The translations under genes and the position numbers were made by a program. A model generated the notes under the pieces. The model was not told the origin of the DNA and ran no database searches. It was given only the letters and a program-made list of their open reading frames with translations. This document shows, piece after piece, positions 48,501 to 59,700 of a stretch of DNA of 64,000 nucleotides (position 1 is the first letter of the stretch; each line of letters opens with the position of its first letter). The stretch comes from Nemertoderma westbladi. Lineage: Eukaryota; Animalia; Xenacoelomorpha. The DNA is taken from positions 17,883-81,882 of the forward strand of contig JAUCBJ010005607.1 in NCBI GenBank assembly GCA_032718475.1, in the 5' to 3' direction.

Positions 48501-49610
48501 AATTATCGAACTAGACATCTCAAACTTGTATTTTTCGGATGTGGGTGCAAAATGTGGTGCTAGCACCAAATTTTGAAAACCATCAAATATATCAATTGAT
48601 TGTGTCACCTTGTTTCTTGCGTTATACGGGTTTGTGATGGTTCTGAATTCAATGGAATCAGTAAAAATTTCATAAGAGTTCTCAAACTTGTATTTTTCGC
48701 CGGTGGGTGAAAATTGTTGTGCCAGCACCAAATTTTGGAAATTATGCAAATTGATAAGTAGATAGTATCACCTTGTTTCTTGCGTTATACGTGTTTATGA
48801 GGGTCCTGAATCCGATGGAATCAATAAAAACAGCACTGGACATCGCAAACTTGTACTTTTTGGTGATGGGTACGAAATTTGGTGCTAGCACCAAAATTTG
48901 CCAAATTACGCCGAAAAATACAAGTAGCAATGATCTGGCATATTAGAAATGTATTACATTAGAATCAGCGCCCTCGAAAACCTGAAAATGTGAATTTATA
49001 GCATCGTTTAAGTGAATTAACAATTTTGTGTTCTAACTGAAAAGTGCTGGTTACTTGTTTTTTTCATTTTTTTCCTACGCAGAGAGGACTAAATAGCCAT
49101 TTATAGTAATCATATCATTTTTAAATATTTTCCAATGTATTTTGCACCCCAAAAAACCTGTATTGAAAAATAATTAGCCGAAAATGTAACTTTCAAATTT
49201 TGTGAAAATTGTGCACTACTTGTAATTTTGGTGCTGCAATATAACCACCCCAGTACATTTTTTCGAAAATTTTTTTTTTCGGTCGGATCCAGACAAGTGA
49301 TACCTACGTACATACAAAAAATCAGACATTTTCGTAAATATTTGTAGATTTTAGAGGGAGGGGTCAATATGACCCCCCCCCCCCCCCCGGTATTTGTACA
49401 ACATTTTATAGCCCGGTACTAATAGGGTTAAAGGTAGACCATTCATAACACTTAAATAAATCAAAAACCAGACTATCGATAAAATTCTGTACCGAGTTAT
49501 TATCGATATTTTGTCTAAATGTAGACAAAAAATAATTTGGTGGGTTACTTAATTCGCTATTGGGCTTTCCCGTATTGAACCGAAGAAAAAGCAAATTCAC
49601 GGTGATAATT
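45541..49610 (-). pseudogene. Protein-primed family B DNA polymerase (pPolB) with endonuclease-VII-like Zn domain; frameshifted, MITE-interrupted, 5' end lost
   Basis: CFNC...HNHYNG.FIGAAC.SCN, HN..YDSHLI, FIDS..F, K.VFPYEY, YL..DV.LLADIFENFR, IRGG, FNSLY (motif A Asp replaced by Tyr), KGTNNALFGK, DTDS, LRPK.Y, AKGV, DKRY. Confidence 0.93.
47869..49427. mobile_element. Non-autonomous piggyBac-like MITE inserted in pPolB
   Basis: TTAA TSD (47865-47868, 49428-49431); TIRs CCCTATTA..CCGGG; subterminal ggggtcaatatgacc repeats. Confidence 0.93.
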
Positions 49611-49612
49611 TT

Positions 49613-50173
49613 ATGGAGTTCGAAGATTGTGGGTACATTGGATATATCTACGACTTTGAAGGGCAATGATTTGTCGGCGTTTGGGAAGCGGATGATATAG
49701 GTAGACAATGGAAGGGTGTTCTATATTACGATGGGTTGAATCTCAGAGCGGATGAATTCTGTTTGCTCGACTTTAACATAGATAAGAATGTTAACGAGAA
49801 TATCGATGAGGTTAGTATGAGGTACAAATCAACCGTTAACGAAAACGGGATATATTTGTCCCACAACTTCGACACCAAGGTTATTTTCATCCCTCGAAAC
49901 AACACAAATGTCAAGATAATTAAGCAATTACAGAAGTACGCGGGCCACGATATTCCGTCTGGGTGTGAGTTTCTACCGATTAAAAAATTAGTTGTTGAGG
50001 CTGCGATTGATGAATTAGCGGACGAGGAACTAATGAAAGTGGAAATGCCGAACAACGCTAGTCAGCTGAAGACGTCCGAAGCAGTAAAAGTCATTGCTAA
50101 GAAAATGGATGAGAAAAAAATCTGGTTGCCCGCGATTGCAGAAAATGAACGGGTAGACGGCGCTGAAGAATGA
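49613..50173 (+). pseudogene. Polinton accessory ORF, unknown function (one internal stop)
   Basis: ATG at 49613 is in frame with ORF 49736-50173, with a single TGA between them. Confidence 0.55.
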
Positions 50174-50435
50174 AAAGAATGATTATAAGGATATTGATAC
50201 CCTCGTTGGGGGTGTGAGCGCTCAGATGAAGATGAAAACACCTACAGCCATGAAAGAACAAGCGCTTAAGCGAAAAATTGATCTCATCGTGAATAAAACA
50301 CCTAGCTATGCGTATGAAGATATCAGCAACTTTGAAGAGGACATCGTCAATGATACGGATGATGGTGAAGACATTTTCAATGAAATCGAGACTAATGGGC
50401 AACCTCAAATAAAGAAGAATAAACATTCAGTGTGA
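50170..50435 (+). CDS. Polinton small acidic accessory ORF (start uncertain)
   Basis: 73-aa ORF 50214-50435 with an acidic C-terminal half, abutting the previous ORF. Confidence 0.4.
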
Positions 50436-50655
50436 ATCTTCGAGCGGTAGAAACTTTATTATATAAATAGACCATGTTCGTGGCGGTGTCGCTGCAACGA
50501 GCCGGGCACGGTTAAATTATTATTATTATTATTTTGTGGTGGTAAATTATTTGTTGGTATAATGAATTATCGATTGAAATAAATATTATATAAATTTATT
50601 TATTTATAGTATTATACATTATTATTATTATTATATACGCATTTATTTATTTTAC

Positions 50656-51090
50656 GTGAATATGTTGGGAGAAAATGAGCTTGTGGTGGATGAAGTGGAT
50701 GTGGATGTGGAGGAAGAGGAGGAAGATGAGGATGTAGCGAAGGAGAACGAAGAGATATTGGTAGCGATGTATGTGAGGGAGAGAGAAGAAGCGCGGCTAG
50801 AAAGATTGTTAAATCCAAGGAATGAGTGGGAGGAGATAGAAAAAAAACATTATTTGGAGGAAGAGGCGAGGAAGAACAGCGCGTGGGGAGAAGATTGGAC
50901 GTTAGAAATGGAGGCGGAGGGGGATAGGAGAGTGCGGGAGGCGGAGAGATGTGCGCGGGAGAAAGCGATGGAGGAGAGAATCAATATGTTGGAAGGAATG
51001 ATGGAGTTGTTGGGTGATGGTGGTGGTGGTAATGATGCAGAGGATCAGGAAGAAGATTGGGCGGATGGTGATAGTGGGATAAGCGGGTAA
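50656..51090 (+). CDS. Polinton highly acidic, Glu/Trp-rich accessory protein
   Basis: 144-aa purine-rich ORF with upstream TATATAAA and downstream AATAAA, next to the right TIR. Confidence 0.6.
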   Translation: MNMLGENELVVDEVDVDVEEEEEDEDVAKENEEILVAMYVREREEARLERLLNPRNEWEEIEKKHYLEEEARKNSAWGEDWTLEMEAEGDRRVREAERCAREKAMEERINMLEGMMELLGDGGGGNDAEDQEEDWADGDSGISG

Positions 51091-51170
51091 GGTGGTGGGA
51101 GAAATTTTTAAATAAAGCGGTTACGGATTTAAGTAAATGATCAAATTAAAATAATAATATTATAAATACA

Positions 51171-51644
51171 ATAACCTTACTTCGATGCTATCACTCACTT
51201 CATGGCTCGCCCCATAGGTAGAATAATCAAATTAAAATAATATTATAAATACTATAACCTTAACCCATATGCTAAGGCTTCACTCGCTTCATGGCTCGCC
51301 CCATTTTTTCATCAAATCACGAAATAATGTTAAAGACTTTATAACAAACGTCTGCAACCCACTTACTATATTGGGTTTTACCTATTGCGGTTCAAGGTCA
51401 AACGCCAACCGGTAGACACGAATTAATTAAATTACTTCCATCTGCGGACTGGCCTTATACCACATATGTCACATATACACAGTGGTGACATATGTTACAT
51501 ATGCACAATGGTAACCATAGTAAGTGGGCGGGGTGATACAATGGTAATCATAGTAAGTAGGCAGGGCAAGAGCCGTTCGGCAAATTCTTTAACATGGTAG
51601 ACTATGGCAGACGCTGTTTTAATTAAGTTGTTTATCATACTATT
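51171..51644 (-). repeat. Right terminal inverted repeat of the Polinton
   Basis: Reverse complement of 31598-32072 with a few substitutions. Confidence 0.93.
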
Positions 51645-53914
51645 TTAGGGATTGATCACCCCTTAGTCCTTGTATGGTTTACTTATTCCTGTCGGCTTTA
51701 TTTATCGATAAGTGTCATATTGAGAAGAAGGCGTGTAAACCTGCTCAGATTGTAAAACTAACTTGTAGGCTGGATTGTTGTCTGATTGTTGTTAGGTCTG
51801 AGGTGGATTACAGTATAGGTAGGATAAAGGTAGGATGTCCGATAAAGTGCTAGTTAGGAAGTGGAGGCATCCAGCGCTGTAAGGTAAATCCTCCACGAAA
51901 GAATAAGTCGTACTACGTAGTCTAGAACGCTTACTAACTAATCATTTTGGAGACTGCATATACTGTGGTTTATTTAGGCTTGACTGTGGTCTGTCAGCAT
52001 TTTGGTCTGTGTTTTATTTGAATAGTCTGTATGGGTAGTGTAATATTTATTATTCAAAGTTTATTCAAGTAATTTACAACATTCATGTCCTTAAGTTTAT
52101 TCCTTACAGTAATTCTGCTTGTTATGCATACTGTTATAGTTAAATTAACCCAGGTACTACTTCAGGACTGCTTGGCGTAGGACAGACTGGTGATTTAGTA
52201 CTCCGGTTACTCCAGCAGATACCCTGGTTCTTTTGGCTGTTCACGTATCTTTAACTGCAAGTTATATGTTGTATAAGTGATAGTACCTAATCTAGGGTTT
52301 AGAGTATAGTGCTTTCCTGAAAGTTAATTTAGTGCATAGGCAGTATATATGTGTTGTAACATGGTTAATAGGTCCGTTAGCTATAGGCTTCGATAATTAA
52401 TCTCTAGGTATAGGACACTCTGGGTACGTAGTGTTTATAGTGTAGACTATAAGCCATCAGATGGTGGCATTTCCTTATCAGGACAACACAATTTATTGAA
52501 TACTACTTTATTGGTTTCAAAATTCCGTAATTCCCTGACAGTCTGTAAGAACCAGAAATTCTAGATCCTTGTTAGTCTGGTTCGTAAAATTCTTGTTAAA
52601 TTACCCTAAATATTGTACGTGTAACTTTGTTTATTGTTTACTTAGAGATTGTGTAATCTCAACCTGTTGTAAGTAAGTAATTGTAGTGATAAGTAACTTA
52701 GTTAAGTCGAACTATCCGTATTTAGTGTCTAACCAGTAGCACTCCACTAAGAGCATCCAACCTTTGTGAAGTGACTTCTTACTCAGAAATAATAACATAT
52801 TTCAATAATTGACAAAACCCATTACGGGTATATATATATATTTACAAATTTAACTCAATCAGATTTATAAATTAGTAGGCCTGTTATACATACATCAATT
52901 AGGTCTTAATATCAGTTGAGCCTATTGCTTAATATCAGTCATAGAGTAAAGGGAAATAATTCCTAAAATCGGATATAATCAGTTATTGTTTAATTATTGA
53001 CATTATCGGTGTTTACAGTAAGCTTATTATATATTTATATAACTTAGGCTAAACTTATATACCGGTATTCTGTGACTGATCCTAGTCTGTAGTAATACTG
53101 TTATATATACTATAGGTGTGTACCAGTATTCTAACACTCGATATATACCACGTTACATTGAGTAACAATATTTGGTAACTACGAGACTGACAGTTGATAC
53201 TGATTTGCCCTAGACTTACTTTAACTGTTATTATCGAGATAGGCATTCAACTGTAAATAAATTATGTCTGACCCAAAACAAACAATGTCGGATAGTCTCT
53301 TTGAACAGACGATCTGTGACCCAGATCAAAGTATAGAAAGGCCACAACCGAGGTCTAAGTCCCCTCCTACTGTAAGAAAGGCCATCCTTATGGTAGTTGT
53401 GTCAGACCCTAGGTTAGTGAAGCACCATAGGTCTATTATAGGCACTAGGGCTCAAGTTATGTGAGACCAAGCGATGGCTGTAGAACAGCAGCAGCGCCCT
53501 GACTGAGAGGTTATTTCTCAACCACTCAGTAACTCTAGTTCCAACACGGAAGAGTTAACGCCTGGGATCGGATCAAAGATGGAAGAAGAGGTTTATCCTG
53601 ACCCACTATTGATTCTTCCTGGGGCAGTGCTCACTCGAGTTCTTCTAGCCATAGAAGAACATCAAGCGGACTGGACAAGAAATAAGCGACCGACCAGAGA
53701 TAGTTACGCCGGATACCTGCTGGAAGAATTAAGGTCTATTGTAGAGACTCAATGGAACTTCCCCGGACCCGGACTCCCGTTTAACTTATCTGAAGCTGCC
53801 TGGGAAGACTTGCATCAGATGGGCGTAGTTAGAGATACCAGAGATCCCGCTATATAGAGGAGGTCAGCAGCCGGATATGTCCAGGGATTCTTCAACTCCT
53901 TGGGACGAATAGAA

Positions 53915-54365
53915 GCACAGAACAAATAGCCGACACTTTCAGCTCACATTTCTGTTCTATAGGACCTAAACTAGCTAATGAAATACCTACATCCAACCGC
54001 TTGCCACTACGATTTATAAATAACTCCCGCCCCAACTCATTCTGTCTAGTTGAAACTTCCCCTGTAGAAGTAGAATACTTATTACTCCATCTAGACCAAA
54101 AAACTGCAACTAATGATAGCTTCCCTACAAAACTATTAATACTAGCCGCCAAACCCCTATCAGTTCATCTATCATATCTTATAAATCTATCTATCTGCCA
54201 AGGTTTCTTTCCTACTATACTAAAAATAGCCAAAGTTTTACCCTCCTTTAAAACCGGTGACCCTTATGATACTAATAACTACAGCCCAATCTCCCTCCTA
54301 CCAGTAATAAGTAAGCTCTATGAAACAATTATAAACAATCAATTAATATCCTACTTATCAAAATA
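53915..54365 (+). pseudogene. CR1/L2-like LINE ORF2 fragment, interrupted by BEL element 3
   Basis: F..HFCSIGPKLA, LINLS...G.FP..LKIAKV.P.FK.GD.....NY.PISLLPVISKLYE. Confidence 0.85.
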
Positions 54366-54904
54366 TGTGACGGGATCCAGGAAGGATCCCGATTTATCCG
54401 TTTGTCAGTTCACGCGTCCCCGCCGTGTGTGAAAGATAAAGAGTTTCTGTTGTTCGTTGTATTGTAATGTTCGAGGTATATACAATATAGATATAGATAA
54501 TGATGACTGGTAATATTGTTGTACACGGAAGGCGGGAGACGGTAACTGAAATCCCGGTACTTCCCTAGCTAAACTATTCTTACAGTAGTACCAATAACAC
54601 TGAGATAACTGAGGTAATATGATTACTGGTTACTGGTTATATTGCACGGTGGCCTTATTGCTCTACTCAATCGATGCCTTGCCCCCCTCTGATTGGTTGA
54701 TACCCTTGTTGGAGCCCTTTGGAGTGTCCCGTTCACTCCACCTGTTCTCTTGGTTAGGGGTTTGGCCCCTGACCCTTAATGTGTGGTTCACCTTCCCATT
54801 TTGTTGGGGTGGCGCGAGTTGGTTGATTGCCCAATCTCGAGGCCCCCAATATTGCTCATCGGCTTAACTTTTATGGGGTGTTAGCGGGATTGGATAAGCT
54901 AACA
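54366..54904 (-). repeat. 3' LTR of BEL element 3
   Basis: TGT...ACA termini, adjacent to the polypurine tract. Confidence 0.88.
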
Positions 54905-56079
54905 CTCCCCCCCATGCTATCTTCCCGGTGAGAAGATAGCATCAACCGAAAAGTGCGCTACAATCCCGCTGGATCCCGATCTAGCATCGGGTGTGGGGTG
55001 GAAATCTTTTCTCTCAGAGTCGGCTTTCCAGGCCGCTCCCTCTGGGTATGATAACGCTACCCTTTACGCCTGGCGTCCACGTCGGGCCGATCGTGCTCGT
55101 CTCTCACACGATTTTTGTTTCCCCAACACTTTCGCCCTTGACTCTACTCTCCTCTCACTCTACTCTCGGACTTCTCTGTCCCTTACTCAGCCTCTTACTC
55201 CTTCCCCCCCCCCCCACACGCTAGGATTGCATCGGCACCCTCTCCGCACTCCGCACTATCATTCTTCCCTCGACCCCTCATTGACTACCTCATCCCCTCT
55301 GACGAATGTCACCTCCCCTCCCGTGCCGTCGCACTCAAGAAGTGTGAAGTCGTCTCGTGTCTCGTCCATAGTCCCATAGTCAATTTAGTCCCCATTCCCA
55401 GTAGCTAATTGAGAAAGGTTGTATGACTATAGTACTTACATCGAGCGTATATATATTTCTAGATTACTGATTACTACGTACATACATACAAATTGCACTT
55501 ATATTGATTATTTAGATTGAAATTAAATTTGTATTTAATAGTTCGCACGTCTCGCGTGGCGCCTTCCAGGCGTACCACACTAAAGTCTCAGTCTATTCCT
55601 CCCGACCTCGGGAACCTCCCCGTCTCTCTCGAGATGGCTTCCTCCCTGGGTCGCTTCCTAGTCACTATCGCTCCCCTGGGATCTGCTATCTGTCTTCTCC
55701 TGTCTAGCGATTTCTTCCAATCGCTTCGCTTCCCATCTATCCTATTCTATTCTATCAGTTACTTTAATTGTGTTCCAGAATGATTTTCCTACTGTTACCA
55801 TAATTTGTAACTTCCAGCCCTATCCTATTTATTTTGTTTTGTTTTACTGTGCTATTACTTACTATTGCCTATGGATTATCCTACTCTTTAATCCACATTC
55901 TGGCCTACTCTGTGGGCCTATGCAGTACAACAGTATGCGTCGCGTGGCCACACGATTTATCCAGCTGTACCCACATGCCCCCCTCTAACTGCTAGCTAAT
56001 ATCTATGTCGTATATACCCCTCTACCTCTATCTCTTACTAACTAGTACTTTCTTACTAATTCTCACTCTCTCTTCTCTA

Positions 56080-56610
56080 ACTGTCGGTACTACGTACCCT
56101 TTAACTACCTACTCTCTTACGGTACTACATACCTTCTAACTCTTACTCTCTAGCTAGTTAGCGGTACTACGTACCCTCAACCAACTAACTATCCTAACTC
56201 TTACTCTCTAGCTAGTTAGCGGTACTACGTACCCTCAACCAACTAACTATTCTAACTCTTACTAACCAATGGTACTACATACCCTCTGACTCTTACTCTC
56301 TAGCTAGTTAGCGGTACTACGTACCCTCAACCAACTAACTATTCTAACTCTTACTAACCAATGGTACTACGTACCCTCTGACTCTTACTCTCTAGCTAGT
56401 TAGCGGTACTACGTACCCTCAACCAACTAACTATTCTAACTCTTACTAACTAATGGTACTACGTACCCTCTGACTCTTACTCTCTAGCTAGCTAGCGGTA
56501 CTACGTACCCTCAACTAGCTAACTAACTAACTAACTCTTACTCTCTAGGTACCACGTATCTTCTAACTCTTCTACCTTCTGCCTATTAACTGCGTACCTA
56601 CTACGTACTA
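56080..56610. repeat. Composite tandem repeat in the 3' UTR of BEL element 3
   Basis: Recurring ctcttactctctagctagttagcggtactacgtaccctc modules. Confidence 0.85.
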
Positions 56611-56718
56611 TTATTTTATTTTTATTTTATTTGTATTTGTGTGGGAAGGGCGTCTCGCCCTCAATCCCACCCCCCTCAGTCCAAAACTTGGACGACTAAA
56701 AACTCCTCTCAGACTCCA

Positions 56719-59700
56719 TTAAGGTGCCCCTTCTAGGAGACAGCATTTCCCTACAGCTCTCCTGTAGGTTTTTCTGTCCTTCGCACCTATCTTACCACCT
56801 ATCCGCACTTCTACCGATCGGACTCTTCCGTCCTCGTCGGAGTAAGTGCCTACAATTCTCGCCAACCGCCATTGGTTGTTGATGATAGTATCATCCATAA
56901 CGATTACGAGATCTCCCTCTTTCAACTCTCTATTCGGCTTCCTCCATTTGCTTCTTTTATGGAGTGTGGGTAGGTATTCTTCTACCCACCTCCTCCAATA
57001 CTCTGCGCTAATTGCTTTAGCGACCTTCCAACTCTGGCGGGAGTGTATATCATCTGGGTCTACACCCCGCATATCGATGGTCGCTGGCCTTTCCATCAGA
57101 AAATGGCTAGGCGTCAGCACGTCTAGTGACTCAGGGTCATCATTCTCCGGATATAGCGGTCTGCTATTAATGATCCCCTCGCACTTCGCAAGCACTGTCC
57201 GTAAGACGTCCTCAGTGACCATGTGGGTGTTCATTAGCTTAGTCATTAGACGCTTTGAACTGCCCACCAGTCTCTCGACGCATCCTAGTGTATGTGGTGC
57301 ATACGGCGTCCTCCTTTCCCACTTCACTTGTCGTCGTCTCATGGCCGCCCTGACTTCCTCCCCTTCCAGGATGTCCAAAGCCTCTGCCATCTCATTCTCT
57401 GCGCCTACAAAGTTGGTGCCATTGTCGCTGTATATCACTGCGATCGTCCCACCTTTGCGGTCCCTAAACCTTTCCAAGGCATTAATGAATGCTGATGCGG
57501 TTGCATCTTGGGCGAGTTCTATCCCTACTGCCCGCGTGTTGTTACATACGAAGATAATGCCGTAGCGTTTCTCCGTGTGCCGCATCACTTTGATCTTTAT
57601 CGGCCCGAACATGTCCACACCGCAATGCGTAAATGGCGGGTCGTGCTGTCTTACCCTACTCGCCGGTAGTGGTGCCATCTCCTGTACGGCTCGCTCCTTC
57701 TTCGCTCGTCGGCAGGTCTGGCACTGCCCCACTACCGCTTTAACCTTCTTCCTTAATTGTTTGACCCAATAGGTCCTCCTTATCTCTGTGAGGGTTCGGT
57801 TGGTGCCCCCATGCAATATCGATTTGTGGGAGTCCCATATAATCTGGTGGACTATTGGCGATCCTGTAGGAATGATGATGGGTTTCGGTGGTACGATTAT
57901 GCTGTTGTTGTATCCCACCCTAGAATTCATTACTAGAATCCCGTCGTCATTGAGTTGTGGCGACAGCGTAATCAGCTCGCTGTCCCGTCGGAGGTGCTGA
58001 TGGTTACCGACGCGTTCCACCTCGTCGCCGTAGTTCTTCCGTTGTTCATAGCGGATCACTGCCTTGGCCGCTCCTTCCAGATCTATGGCTGTCCTGATCT
58101 TCTTGTCCTTGCCAACTCCCGCAAGGAATTTCCCGAAGGCTCTCCAGTACGCCACTAGTTTCTTGGTCTTATACCAACTAGAACTGTAGCTGAGGAGTTT
58201 ATCCATTGGGTTATCGCACAGTTCCCTTCCTGGTTGCACGTCCCTAATCTCCCTCACCATCTGGGAGTATATCTCTTCTCCCTCTGAATCTCCCTCTTCT
58301 CCTTCTGATACTACTTCCGAGCCCGGGTCCACCTTCCTCATCGGTGGCCAGGCCTCCCTATCGCTCAGAAATTGTGGCCCATGTTGCCACAATACTTCCT
58401 TCTTCAGGAAAGTGTGGCGTTCCACGCCCCTCGACAGCAAGTCCGCTGGGTTCTCGTTTGTTGGGCAGTAGTGCCACCTTTCCAGTTCTGTGCTCGCCCT
58501 TATTTCGTCCACTCTATTCGCGACGAATATCGGGTATCTCGTCCTTTCGTTGTGTAGCCAACCAAGCACTACCATGAAGTCCGTCCAGTAGTGTGTCTCC
58601 ACTATGTTGGGAATAGTATCCACTAGGTAGGCTGTGGCTCTTACTCCTAGTCTCGCAGCTGTCAATTCTAACTTGGGAACTGATGCTGAATCTGGCGGCG
58701 TTGACTTTGCTTTGCTAAAGGCTAGCCTTGGCCTATGAGCCCCCTCTTGTTGTACTAAGTAGAGTGCCGCTCCGTACGCTTCCAACGACGCGTCGGAGAA
58801 CATGTGTAGGTCCAGATTCGTCATGTTCCCATCCGGGAAATACACCCTTGGCATGTTGTATGTTCCCATCTTCTCCAAGTTTCCTGTCCATTTGCTCCAC
58901 TGTTTCTTGATTTCCTCTGGTACCTCTACGTCCCATTCATCTTTCAATTTGTATACTCTCTTGAGTATCTGTTTCCCCGTGACTAATAATGGGGATGCTA
59001 GGCCTAGGTGATCGTATATCCTTGCTATATACGATACATAGCCCCTCTTCGTGTGGATGTCTGCGCCCTCCTGGCTCAGCTGATACTTCAGTTCGTCTGT
59101 CTTTCTATCCCACACGGTTCCCAATGCCTTCTGCTGAGATTCTGTTCTTTTAATCGCCATGTCCTGCCCTTTGGCTGTTGTGGGATTATCCATGGTCGAT
59201 TCTGGTTTCCTGTCCTCTATGGCTTTTATAAATTCTTCCGAACTGGATTGGAATTTGGTCAGGTTAAAGCCGGATCCCTTTAGGATGTCGCGAACCTCGC
59301 GCCCTGTATCCAGTATCTCCTTAACCGTATTTCCAGACTCCATTCCGTCGTCTACGTAGAAGCCGCGTCGAATCATATCGACGGCCCTACTGCTGTATCT
59401 ATCTTCCTTCCCCTTTACTGTGTCTCTCACTGCCATAGTCGTCGTAAATGAAGATGACTTGGCACCCATGTTCTGTACTATCATCTTATATGCTGGTATT
59501 ATCGGCGGTTCTTCTTCGCCGTTATACCATAAGAAGCGTTGACTGTCACTATCTTCTTCCGTTACACGGACTTGGTTGAACATGCCTTCTATGTCACACG
59601 TGAAGGCGTGTTTCCCATTTCGAAATCTAAGTAACACCTCTATGCCCGAATTGTATATGTTTGGGCCTTCTAACAGATAGTCGTTTAAGCATTTTCCGTT

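Larger units (their letters stand above)
31598..51644. mobile_element. Polinton/Maverick (endogenous dsDNA virus-like transposon), both ends present but genes decayed
   Basis: Termini AGTAGTATGATAAAC... and ...GTTTATCATACTATT; about 475 bp TIRs; 6-bp TSD TTAGGG (31592-31597, 51645-51650); full core gene set. Confidence 0.96.

Noticed and set aside
49406-49708. Stand-alone 100-aa gene
   Set aside because: A composite of the pPolB remnant, the MITE end and the antisense of the + strand accessory ORF.
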